From the NCBI GenBank assembly GCA_965247095.1, contig OZ251997.1, positions 1,664,001-1,728,000 on the forward strand: DNA of 64,000 bases, written 5' to 3'. The position numbers were made by a program, and so were the translations under genes. The DNA is from Candidatus Multivorans sp. Lineage in GTDB: Bacteria > Acidobacteriota > Thermoanaerobaculia > Multivoradales > Multivoraceae. Positions within the stretch are counted from its first letter, which is position 1, and each line of letters begins with the position of its first letter. A model generated the notes under the pieces. That model searched no databases and was not told where the DNA came from. It worked only from the letters and a program-made list of their open reading frames with translations. Positions 51,445 to 61,061 of this stretch are shown here, in pieces.

Positions 51445-52287
51445 ATGCTGTTCGGCAACAAGACGCCAGGCGTCCTGGCAGCCGAAATCGAGATGCACCG
51501 CCAAGCGCACTCCGGGGCGTTTCTCGTCCTTGAAGGCAAAGACGACATGCGGTTCTGGAGGGAGCGGCGAGACAAGCACTGCGAACTCGTCGACGGTGAG
51601 GGGAAGCCAAACGTGGTTGGGGTACTGCATCACCTGGATTCGCGCGGCTTCAAGGGCGCCCTTGGCCTGGTCGATAGCGACTACGACAAGTTCACTGGTG
51701 TCCGGGCACCTTCAGCCAACCTCGTGGCGACGGATGCTCACGATCTGGAGTGTGTTCTCTGTCGCTCCAAGGCGCTCGGTGCCGTCCTCGCGGAATACGG
51801 TGACGCATCGAAGATCAAGCGCTTCGAAGACGCAACCGGTACCGATGTTCGACAGGCCCTCCTGGATCGGGCGCTGATCTTCGGCCGCGTCAGATTGGCG
51901 GCTACGCTTTGGAACACGACGGAAGTGATGCCCGAGACTAGCGTTCCGCGATTCGTGGACGAAGAAAGTTGGAGCGTGGACACCGACGCCCTCATCAGCG
52001 CTGTTGTCGACAGGTCCGCCCTGGATCGAAAGGCTTGGCAGGACCGCACAGAGGAGCTCCTGGATGAAGATCCCTGGTTTGTCGCACGGGGACACGACAT
52101 GATGGAGATCTTGCGAAGCGGACTAAGGCACGTCCTTGGGGACATGCCCAAGACCGTCGGCGTGAAGAGCATAGCCAGCGGGTTGCGGCTGGCGATGTCG
52201 CGGGAGTCGCTGGAAGCGACAGGTCTTTGGGAGGGAATACGGGCCTGGGAGGACGCGAATCCTCCGTTCGCGGTCCTTCCACAATGA
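51445..52287 (+). CDS. DUF4435/TOPRIM-like protein, AriB-like
   Basis: VLEGKDD, VDSDYD, HDLE, RGHD; downstream of the ATPase. Confidence 0.8.
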   Translation: MLFGNKTPGVLAAEIEMHRQAHSGAFLVLEGKDDMRFWRERRDKHCELVDGEGKPNVVGVLHHLDSRGFKGALGLVDSDYDKFTGVRAPSANLVATDAHDLECVLCRSKALGAVLAEYGDASKIKRFEDATGTDVRQALLDRALIFGRVRLAATLWNTTEVMPETSVPRFVDEESWSVDTDALISAVVDRSALDRKAWQDRTEELLDEDPWFVARGHDMMEILRSGLRHVLGDMPKTVGVKSIASGLRLAMSRESLEATGLWEGIRAWEDANPPFAVLPQ

Positions 52288-52355
52288 CGAGCCAGCGGGT
52301 TTCGGAGTAGGCCCTCGCCGGACGTCGACTCAACCTCCTTCAGGTAGTCAGGCCG

Positions 52356-53471
52356 CTACGGTCGGACTTCGTAGTACAGGTTCGCCGGGTCGTCGAAGTC
52401 GTGCATCCGGAAGCGCGTGAAGCCGCCTTCACGCACCATGCGCTCCGCCACCGCCGGGTTGAAGCCCAGGGTTCCGAGGCCGAGGCCGTCCGGTTCGGAG
52501 AGAGCGGACGACATGCAGGCCGAGACGGAGAAGCCGTAGAGCAGCGCGAGCATCGGGTTGCGGAGGTTGTCCTCGAACCGGGGGCTGCTGCGGATGTCCT
52601 TGATCAACCAGGTGCCCTCGTCCCGGATGGCGCCGCGGATGGCGGAGATCACCCGATCCGGCCGCGTCATGTCGTGAATGCAGTCGAAGGTGACGACCAG
52701 GTCGAAGGTCGGCGCCGCCGGCAGATCCTCGCCGCGCGCGACCCGCCACTCCGCGTTGGCGACGCCGGCTTCCCGGGTGCGCTCGCTGGCGATCTCGATC
52801 GCGTGCTCGGACGGGTCGTAGCCGACGAAGCGCGAGGCCGGGAAGGCGCGGGCCAGGGAGAGGAGCGCCACGCCACCGCCGCAGCCGACATCGACGACAT
52901 CGATCCCGGACTGGAGCCGTTCCTCGACGCCGTCGAGCGTCGGGATGATCCGCGGCACCAGCGCCTGCCGCGTCCACGGACCGAGCATCCGCTCGGTGCG
53001 ATGAGCGGCGCAGGGGCCGAGCTGCTGATACGAGAGGCCGACTCCGGTCTTGAACGCCTCCGCCAGGCCGTCGATCACGGCGTGGTCGGGCGGGTAGCCG
53101 AAAGCGCCGGCGGCAAAGGCCACGGACCGCTCTTCGTCGGCCAGTACCGCGGCCGCCACGTCGCTGAATTCGAACCGGGGCTCGCCACCATTCTCTGCCG
53201 CGTGGTAGTCGACCAACCCGGCCGCGCACTGGCCTCGCAACCACTCGAGCAGCCAGCGCTCCTTGAGCCCGCTCGCTTCGGCAAGTTCCGCCGCAGTCAC
53301 GGGCCCGAGGCCCCGAAGCGTCCGGTAGATCCCCAGACGATCGCCGAGATGGATCATCAGGGAGACCAGCTCGCCCTGTTTGTACTTCCACACCTTCAGG
53401 GCGAAGGCGCTGACCTGGTCCGGGTCGAGTCGACCGTAAAGGCTCCGCGTTTCGCTGTCGTCGTCCGTCAT
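52356..53471 (-). CDS. Class I SAM-dependent methyltransferase with N-terminal winged helix
   Basis: GDRLGIY, ERWLLEWL, DVGCGGG, FDCIHD. Confidence 0.88.
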   Translation of the reverse strand: MTDDDSETRSLYGRLDPDQVSAFALKVWKYKQGELVSLMIHLGDRLGIYRTLRGLGPVTAAELAEASGLKERWLLEWLRGQCAAGLVDYHAAENGGEPRFEFSDVAAAVLADEERSVAFAAGAFGYPPDHAVIDGLAEAFKTGVGLSYQQLGPCAAHRTERMLGPWTRQALVPRIIPTLDGVEERLQSGIDVVDVGCGGGVALLSLARAFPASRFVGYDPSEHAIEIASERTREAGVANAEWRVARGEDLPAAPTFDLVVTFDCIHDMTRPDRVISAIRGAIRDEGTWLIKDIRSSPRFEDNLRNPMLALLYGFSVSACMSSALSEPDGLGLGTLGFNPAVAERMVREGGFTRFRMHDFDDPANLYYEVRP

Positions 53472-53613
53472 GCGAGTTTCTCCTCGGCTTGGAGGGGTGG
53501 CCCGACGCCGGTGCCGCCGCGCCGGAAACGGCCGCACGGTATCATTCGCGGCTCGCGCCAACGGCCCCGTCCGGGCCCTGTTTCGCGATATCCAGGAACT
53601 CAGGAGATTGCCG

Positions 53614-55374
53614 ATGCCAGCCAAACCCATCACCGTCCCGATGCCGATTCTCCGACTCGCGACCGGAACGCTTGCGCTGGCGCTCCTGCCGGTCCCGCTC
53701 GCGGCTCAGGAGGAAGGTGTGGCGGCGGCGCCGCAAACCCACTGGACGGCGACCGACGCTGTAGGCGATGGCGCCGGACCCGTCGAGCAATCGCTGCTCG
53801 AGGCGGCGCCGACCCGGGAGTCCTGGCTCCACTACGGCGGCAACTACGGGAGCTGGCGCCACTCGCCGATCACCGAACTGACATCGGAGAGCGCCTCCAG
53901 GCTGCGGCTGGCCTGGATCGCCCAGACCGGCGTCTCGGGCCAGCTTGAGTCCTCGCCCGTGGTCTACGACGGCGTCCTCTACCTGACCTCGTCGATGAAC
54001 CGCCTGCTCGCCTACGACGCCGGCGACGGCAGTCTGCTGTGGCGCTACGACCACCAGAACCCCTCCGATCTGCGCATCTGCTGCGGACCGGTGAACCGGG
54101 GCGTGGGCATCTCCGGAGATGTGGTCGTCATGGGCACCCTGGACGCCCGGCTGCTCGCCTTCAACCGCAAGAGCGGCGAGTTGCTCTGGAACACCGAGGT
54201 CGAGCCCTACGCCTCCGGCTTCTCGATCACCTCGGCGCCCCTCATCGCAGAAGGCGTGGCTGTAATCGGCATCGGCGGCGGCGAGTACGGGGTGCGCGGC
54301 TTCTTCGACGGCTACGACGTCGAGACCGGCAACCGGCTCTGGCGCCACTACACGGTGCCCGACGACGGCCAGCCCGGCGTCGAGACCTGGGCCGGCGATT
54401 CGTACAAGACCGGCGGCGCCCCCACCTGGGCCACCGGCAGCTACGACCCGGCGACCAGGACCCTGTTCTGGACCACAGGCAATCCGTCTCCCGACTGGAA
54501 CGGCGACACGCGCGAGGGCGACAACCTGTACAGCGACAGCGTTCTGGCGGTCGACATCGCAACCGGCGAGCGCAAGTGGCACTTCCAGTTCACGCCCCAC
54601 GACGTCTGGGACTACGACGGCAACTCGGAGGTGTGGCTGGTCGACGTGCAGGTCAACGAGCAGAGCATCCCCGCCCTCGTCCAGGCGAACCGGAACGGCT
54701 ATTTCTACGTCCTGGACCGGCGTGACGGCGGCTTCCTGCATGCCAGCCAGTACGTCCACCAGTTGAACTGGGCGACGCTGGACGAGAATGGCCGTCCCGT
54801 GGTCAACCCGGCGATGATGCCCGCCGACGAGCCGACCCAGCGGGTCTGCCCGGGCCTCGCCGGCGGCAACAACGCGGCCTACGCCGGCGCCTACAGTCCG
54901 GTCACGGGCCTGGCCTACGTGCCGACGATCGAGAGCTGCATGATGTTCCGCAAGGGCCTCGTCGTCTTCGTCGAGGGCATCCCCTTCTTCGGCGGCGAAC
55001 CGATTCCGTCCGACACCGCCGAAGGCAAGTCCTACGGCCACCTGTCGGCCATCGACGTGAGCACCGGCGAGACCCGCTGGAGCTACCGGGATCCGACGCC
55101 GATGCTCGCCGGCGTGCTCAGCACCGAAGGCGGTCTCGTCGTCACCGGCAACGCCAGCGGTCACCTGCTCGGTTTCAACGCCGAGACCGGCGACGAGGTG
55201 TGGCGCTACCAGACCGGCTCCGGCATCCGCAGCCATCCGATCGCCTACCAGCACGATGGGCGGACCTTCTTGGCCGTCGGCTCGGGCGGCGGCGGCATCG
55301 TCCAGACGACGGTCGGCACCGCTCCGTCCCTGCCGGAGGGCAGCGTCCTGCTGGTCTTCGAACTCGCTCAGTGA
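53614..55374 (+). CDS. PQQ-dependent alcohol dehydrogenase (methanol/ethanol family), probably lanthanide-type
   Basis: Vicinal CC in ICCGPVNRG, GGEYGVRG, GNP.PDWN, WDYDG. Confidence 0.88.
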   Translation: MPAKPITVPMPILRLATGTLALALLPVPLAAQEEGVAAAPQTHWTATDAVGDGAGPVEQSLLEAAPTRESWLHYGGNYGSWRHSPITELTSESASRLRLAWIAQTGVSGQLESSPVVYDGVLYLTSSMNRLLAYDAGDGSLLWRYDHQNPSDLRICCGPVNRGVGISGDVVVMGTLDARLLAFNRKSGELLWNTEVEPYASGFSITSAPLIAEGVAVIGIGGGEYGVRGFFDGYDVETGNRLWRHYTVPDDGQPGVETWAGDSYKTGGAPTWATGSYDPATRTLFWTTGNPSPDWNGDTREGDNLYSDSVLAVDIATGERKWHFQFTPHDVWDYDGNSEVWLVDVQVNEQSIPALVQANRNGYFYVLDRRDGGFLHASQYVHQLNWATLDENGRPVVNPAMMPADEPTQRVCPGLAGGNNAAYAGAYSPVTGLAYVPTIESCMMFRKGLVVFVEGIPFFGGEPIPSDTAEGKSYGHLSAIDVSTGETRWSYRDPTPMLAGVLSTEGGLVVTGNASGHLLGFNAETGDEVWRYQTGSGIRSHPIAYQHDGRTFLAVGSGGGGIVQTTVGTAPSLPEGSVLLVFELAQ

Positions 55375-56189
55375 CCCGACCGGCGCCGCTGGCCGGTGTG
55401 CTGTCGATCCTCCTCTGGGCGGTCGTTCCCGCCCAGGCGGAGGACCTGCGCGTCTGCCTGCTCGAGGACGACCTGCCGCGCGCCGACCGCGCCGACGCCT
55501 CCGGCTTCGACCACGACCTGTTCAGGGAGGCGGCCCAGCGCCTCGGGCGCGACTTTGTGCCCGTATGGCGCCCGAACGCCCCGCCCTACTCCGAGATCGA
55601 CGACACGGACCTGCCGCTCGACGATCTTGTGGCCGGCGACTGCGATCTTGTGCCCTCGGTGCCCGGCGAGCTGGCGCTGGGGCGGCTGCGAACAGCACTC
55701 GACCTCACGCCGCCGTACTACGCGGCCACCTTCGAGATCTACATGCCCGCCGCGGAGAGCCTTGAGTGGGACCGCCTGGCAAGCGCCTTCGCCGACCGCA
55801 AGGTCGCGGTCCGGCTCCAGTCGCTCGGTCACTTCGCGGCCCAGGCCCTGGGTCTCGACTGGACCTCGCAGCCGACCGCGGCGGATGTGGCAGCGGCCGT
55901 GGACGACGGTCGGGCCGTCGCGGCGCTGATCTGGGGCCCCGCCCTGGCGCGCCTTCAGAGGGCGCCGGTCAGCGGGTTCGAGCCTCCCACCGGCCTGCGC
56001 TTCAACGAGCACGCGGCCGTGCGGGCCGGCGACCGCCTCGGCCCCGAGATCGAGCGAGTGCTCGACGACCTGCGGCGCGACGGCACGCTGGATCGACTTG
56101 CCGCCCGGTACGGCATCTTCCGAACCCAACCCTTCACCACCGTGTCGTCGCCGGCCGCGATCCGCGCGCTGGGCGTCGGCGGCGAGTAG
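55371..56189 (+). CDS. Substrate-binding-fold accessory protein (MxaJ/XoxJ-like)
   Basis: Signal peptide, LRVC, GFD, TPPYY, IWGP; GTGA overlap with the ADH. Confidence 0.75.
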   Translation: MTRPAPLAGVLSILLWAVVPAQAEDLRVCLLEDDLPRADRADASGFDHDLFREAAQRLGRDFVPVWRPNAPPYSEIDDTDLPLDDLVAGDCDLVPSVPGELALGRLRTALDLTPPYYAATFEIYMPAAESLEWDRLASAFADRKVAVRLQSLGHFAAQALGLDWTSQPTAADVAAAVDDGRAVAALIWGPALARLQRAPVSGFEPPTGLRFNEHAAVRAGDRLGPEIERVLDDLRRDGTLDRLAARYGIFRTQPFTTVSSPAAIRALGVGGE

Positions 56190-56216
56190 CAGCCGTATGG
56201 ACCAAACGCCTTGACC

Positions 56217-56747
56217 ATGACCAGCGAACCACGAACCGAGCCCATCCGGCGCGCACCGCTCACGCGACTGGTCCTGCCTGTCCTGCTGGCCGCGTGTGCA
56301 ACCGGCGGCGGACCGGCCGCCGACCAGCCCGTCGCCCCGGCTCCAGGCGACGCACAGTCCGCGGCATCCGCGCAGCCGGAACCCGCCGGAAACGCGGCCG
56401 CGGCCACCGAAGCCACGGCCGCGAAGCCAGCGGCAGCAACGGCTGCGACGAGTTCTTCTCCCGTCGCCGCCTACCTCGACGATCCCGGAGCACTCACGGC
56501 CGGCCGGCGCATGTTCCGGGCCGTCTGCACCGGTTACTGCCACTCCACGCAGCCGGGGGTCACGAAGGACGCGCCCAACCTCTTCGACTGCAACTGGCAG
56601 CACGGAAGCGAGGACGCCGATCTCTTCCGCGTGATCACCAAGGGTGTCCCCAACACGGAGATGCTCCCGTTCGGGGGCAAGATCCCCGACGACACGATCT
56701 GGCAGGTGATTGCCTATGTGCGCTCGAACGGCATGGACTGCGGCTGA
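56217..56747 (+). CDS. c-type cytochrome lipoprotein with CxxxCH motif
   Basis: Lipobox LLAAC, Ala-rich linker, CTGYCH, APNL.D..W.HG, MLPFG. Confidence 0.8.
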   Translation: MTSEPRTEPIRRAPLTRLVLPVLLAACATGGGPAADQPVAPAPGDAQSAASAQPEPAGNAAAATEATAAKPAAATAATSSSPVAAYLDDPGALTAGRRMFRAVCTGYCHSTQPGVTKDAPNLFDCNWQHGSEDADLFRVITKGVPNTEMLPFGGKIPDDTIWQVIAYVRSNGMDCG

Positions 56748-56898
56748 TTCCCCCATTGGCTGAACCGACTCCGGCCGTCTGATCAGGTAGCGGCCGGCCC
56801 TTCCTCGCGCCGGAATCAAGGGCGGCGATCGCTGGTTCCCGAGAACAGAACGAAGCAGTCCTTGCCAAGGAGGGCTGATCGCTCAAGTTGTCGAAACC

Positions 56899-57620
56899 AT
56901 GCTCTACCTCAAGCCAACTTCCGGCCGCCACCGCACTCTGGGCGCCCTGGCGGCGGTCCTCCTGGAAACTGCCATGACTCCGATCGCTGTTGCTCAGAGC
57001 GGGAACTCCCCGGCTCACGCTCGCCACCAGCCCGTCCCGGATCTTCCACTTGCCATCTCCAGTTTCGGCGCGGCAGTCCAGGGTGGCTCGCTCTACGTCT
57101 ATGGCGGTCACATCGGCAGGCAGCACGTCCACTCGTTCGAGAACTTGAGCCAGCTCTTCCTGCGCTACCCGCTGGCGCCCGAACCGAGCGGGCCCTCGCC
57201 GGGCTGGCTGGCCCTACCGCCAGGTCCACCGCTCCAGGGCACGGCCCTGGTCGAGTACGGCCGAGCCATCTATCGGGTCGGCGGCATGCGCGCGAACAAC
57301 CCGAGGCGGGAGCCGAGCGAGCTGTACTCCGTGCGCAGTGCGGCCCGCTTTCTGCCCGCGGAGAATCGCTGGGAGCGGCTTCCGGAGCTTCCAGCCGGCC
57401 GGTCTTCGCACGGCCTCGCGATCGTCGGCGACCAGCTCGTCGTCGCCGGGGGGTGGGAGCTCCGGGGCTCAGTCGAGGATCCCCTGTGGGAACGAACCGT
57501 GATGGCGCTCGACCTGAGGAAGCTGGACAGCGACGCCGGCGGCGAGTGGAACGAACTGACGGAAACGCCGGTAGGCGTGCGCGCCAACGCCGCCGTCGGC
57601 CTCAACGGCAAGTGGCCCAC
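56899..57620 (+). pseudogene. Kelch-repeat protein, C-terminally truncated
   Basis: LYVYGG, IYRVGG and LVVAGG Kelch repeats break off at GLNGK, where receptor sequence begins. Confidence 0.7.
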
Positions 57621-58742
57621 GTCCCGGCATCTCTACGCGACACGCCCGGACAGGTCTCGATCGTCACCGACGAGGACATCGAGGACCATCTGCTCGAGGA
57701 CATGGCGGACCTGGTCAAGTACGAGCCCGGTGTCTACGTGGAGGGAGACTCCACCAGACTGGGTCTCAACGGATTCAACATCCGCGGCATCGGCGGCAAC
57801 CGCGTCCTGACCCAAGTCGATGGCGTTCCGACCGCGGAGCAGTTCGACTTCGGGCCCTTCAACGTCCATCAGCAGGCGATCGATATCGACACGCTGAAGT
57901 CCGCCGAGATCGTCCGTAGCGCGGGCTCGGCGCTCTACGGGAGCGACGCGGTCGGCGGCGTGATCTCCCTGATCACCAAGAACCCCTCGGACTACCTCGG
58001 TAGCGGTACTGGCGACCGACACCCAGGATCGGAATCGGGTGTCGATCGAGCAGTCGGTGACCGACCGCGGCGCCGTCGATCAGTGGAGATGGAGGATCCA
58101 CACGCAAAGCGTGGACACAACGCAAAACGTCGCGGAACACCGCCTGGTCGCCGCGTTCGGCCCTCCGATCGAGACGAACCGAAACGGCGAACTGACGTTC
58201 GAGCAAGAGACCTTCAGCGCTGAGCTCAATGGGCTCGTCGAGACCGGAACCGACGACTCCTTCAGCACCGCCTTCTACTTCGGCGCCAGCCTGGAAGCTG
58301 ACGCCGTCTCGCCCAAGCTCGGCGCCGCGGTCGAGCTGCACGAACGGATGACGCTAACCGCCCAGTACGCGGCCGGTTTCCGTGCGCCGCCCTACAGCTC
58401 GATCAACACGGGTTTCGCGAATCTGGCGGCCGGCTATCAGACCATCGCCAACTCCGGCCTCGACCCAGAGATCAGCGACAACTTCGAACTCGGTCTGCGT
58501 TGGAGCTCCGGCGGCACGAGCTGGAGCGTCAACGGGTTCCGCAACAACTACGACGACTAGACCTGGTCGCGTTCTTCGATCTGCCGGCCGACATGAAGCT
58601 GCGCATCGGTGTACTGAACGCAACGGATGAGGCGTACTTCGAGTCGTGGCAGGTGCGCGGCCGTCAGGCGAGCGATCCGCGCCTGCTCCTCTACTCGAGC
58701 CCGGGCCGGAACGTGGTCGCTTCGCTGACGACCAACTGGTAG
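57620..58742 (+). pseudogene. Fragmented TonB-dependent (heme/hemoglobin-type) receptor
   Basis: Plug (FNIRGIGGNRV, SALYGSDAVGGVI), barrel pieces (SPKLG, GFRAP, LDPE.S.NFELG) and C-terminus (N.TD..Y, PGRN..W) in different frames; about half normal length. Confidence 0.85.
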
Positions 58743-58842
58743 CTGCTCCCCAGCTCAGTGCTTCGGTGCGGGCGCCCAGGCCGCACCGAGACCCAAGGCC
58801 CCGGCGCGTCCTCCGGACTGGCTGCTACCGTTGGCCTCGCCG

Positions 58843-60075
58843 ATGAGCAGGAGGTGGAACAAAGCGCCACCGGTCACACGCCGCCAAGCGGTGGCGGCAG
58901 CAGGCGCCGCGGCGACACTGCCGTTCGCCGCCTCTCCCATCCTCGCCCTCCAGCCGTTTGGAACCGCCGAACGGTCGCTGCGCATCGAAGAGATGGAACT
59001 CACCTCGGTTCGCGTGAGCGAACGGACGGCGTGGATGTTCGTTCACGTGCGCACGAACCTCGGGCTCTCGGGTCTCGGCGAGTGCTCGCTCGGCAACCGG
59101 CGCGAACTGCCCGCCCTCGAGGAGGCATTCGAGGCCGCCCGCGGCCGCTCGCCGTTCGACATCGAGGCCTACCGCGCCGCCGGACGCGAACGGGCGAAGG
59201 CCGGCGGCATGTTCGAGGCGACCGCCTTCTCCGCGATCGAGCAGGCGCTCTGGGACCTCGTCGGCAAAGCCGTCGACGCACCCGTCCACCAGTTGACCGG
59301 CGGCCTGCTGCGCCAGAGCCTGCCCGCCTACGCGAACATCAACCGCGCCACCCGAGATCGCACCCCGGCCGCGTTCGCCGCGAACGCCAGCGCCGCGGTC
59401 GAAGACGGCTTTGCGGCGATCAAGGCCGCCCCCTTCGACGGCTTCCCCGCGCTCGACGCACCGGCGTCGGAGGTGGCCGCGGCCGCCGACCTCGGCGTCG
59501 CCTGCGTTGAGGCGATCCGCGCCGCGGTCGGACCGGACGTGGACATCCTGATTGACTGCCACAGCTTCTTCGATGTCAACCTGGCGATCGACGTGGCCCG
59601 GCGGCTGGAACCGCAGAACCTCTCCTGGTACGAGGAGCCGGTCGCCCCCGCCGACGTGGCCGCGACAGTGGCGATCGAGCGTGCGATCGAGCAGCGCATA
59701 GCCGGCGGCGAGTTTCTGTTCGGCATCGAGGGCTTCGGCCCGCTGTGCCGGGAGCAGGCCGTCGACGTGATCATGCCCGACGTCAAGCACTGCGGCGGGC
59801 TGCACGAGGCGCGCAAGATCGCCGCCATCGCCGAACTCGACGGCGTCGCCGTATCGCCGCACAACCCGAGCGGCCCGGTCGCCACCGCCGCCTCCGCCCA
59901 GCTCTGCGCCGGCTTGGCCAACTTCGAGATCCTCGAGATGCAATGGGGCGAGGCCGCGTGGCGCGGCGACCTGGTCGAGCCGCCGGAGCGCTTCGAGAAC
60001 GGCTCGATCGCGGTGCCGGAGGGCGCCGGCCTCGGCGTCGAGCTGAACGACGCGGTGGCACGCCAGCACGCCTGA
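58843..60075 (+). CDS. Mandelate racemase/galactonate dehydratase-like enzyme with Tat-like signal
   Basis: TRRQAV leader, EQALWD, IDCH, WYEEP, GE, PHNPSGP. Confidence 0.87.
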   Translation: MSRRWNKAPPVTRRQAVAAAGAAATLPFAASPILALQPFGTAERSLRIEEMELTSVRVSERTAWMFVHVRTNLGLSGLGECSLGNRRELPALEEAFEAARGRSPFDIEAYRAAGRERAKAGGMFEATAFSAIEQALWDLVGKAVDAPVHQLTGGLLRQSLPAYANINRATRDRTPAAFAANASAAVEDGFAAIKAAPFDGFPALDAPASEVAAAADLGVACVEAIRAAVGPDVDILIDCHSFFDVNLAIDVARRLEPQNLSWYEEPVAPADVAATVAIERAIEQRIAGGEFLFGIEGFGPLCREQAVDVIMPDVKHCGGLHEARKIAAIAELDGVAVSPHNPSGPVATAASAQLCAGLANFEILEMQWGEAAWRGDLVEPPERFENGSIAVPEGAGLGVELNDAVARQHA

Positions 60076-60231
60076 GTCGGTTTGCCCCGACGTCAGCCCG
60101 CGCTGCGAGTCATCGTAGCGATGGCGGCTCTCCGCGGCCGCCCGGCCAGGAGCCAGGAGATATAGTCCCGGCGCCGCTCCGCAGCCCTCCAGCGCGCTGA
60201 GTCGGCACTTCAACGACTCGCGGAGAACCCC

Positions 60232-60996
60232 GTGCTCGAGATCCAGACGATCCCCGTCCTGAGCGACAACTACTCCTACCTCCTGCACGAGACCGGGAGC
60301 GGCAAGACGGCGGTCGTCGACCCGCCGGAGACCGGGCCGATCGAAGCGGCGCTCGGCGCCAGGGGTCTCGGCATCGACTGGATCGTGATCACCCACCACC
60401 ACATGGACCACATCGCCGCCGTGCCGGCGCTCAAGGCGAAGTACGGCTGCCAGGTGGTCGGCCCCGCCGCCGACGAGCACCGCATTCCGAACCTCGATCT
60501 GACCGTCGTCGAGGGCGACCGCTTCCAGCTCGGCGAGGCCGAAGCGGAGGTCATCGACACGCCCGGCCACACCACCGGGCACATCAGCTACTGGTTCGAG
60601 GACGACCGCGCGCTGTTCTGCGCCGACACTCTGTTCGCGCTCGGCTGCGGCCGGGTGTTCGAGGGCACGATGGAACAGATGTGGTCTTCCCTGGCCAAGC
60701 TGCGCGCCCTGCCCAACGACGCGGTCGTCCACTGCGGCCACGAGTACACGCTCTCCAATGCCCGCTTCGCCGTCACCGTCGACCCCGACAACGAGGAACT
60801 GATCGAGCGGGTCGCGGAGATCGAGCAACTGCGGGCGGAAGGCAAACCCACAGTGCCCTCGAGCCTCGGGGTCGAGAAGCGGACCAACCCCTTCCTGCGT
60901 CCCGACGATCCGGGCATCCGCGCGCTGCTCGGCATGGCCGGCGCCTCCGACGCCGAGGTCTTCGGCGAAATCCGAACCCGCAAGGACAACTCCTGA
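60232..60996 (+). CDS. gloB: Hydroxyacylglutathione hydrolase (glyoxalase II)
   Basis: DNYSY, THHHMDH, TPGHT, GCGR, GHEYT, TNPFLR. Confidence 0.93.
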   Translation: MLEIQTIPVLSDNYSYLLHETGSGKTAVVDPPETGPIEAALGARGLGIDWIVITHHHMDHIAAVPALKAKYGCQVVGPAADEHRIPNLDLTVVEGDRFQLGEAEAEVIDTPGHTTGHISYWFEDDRALFCADTLFALGCGRVFEGTMEQMWSSLAKLRALPNDAVVHCGHEYTLSNARFAVTVDPDNEELIERVAEIEQLRAEGKPTVPSSLGVEKRTNPFLRPDDPGIRALLGMAGASDAEVFGEIRTRKDNS

Positions 60997-61061
60997 CCCG
61001 CGGACCCGGAAGATGGGCCTTAGGAGCGCCACCCGCTTTCATCAAGGTAGGAATCACGCGC

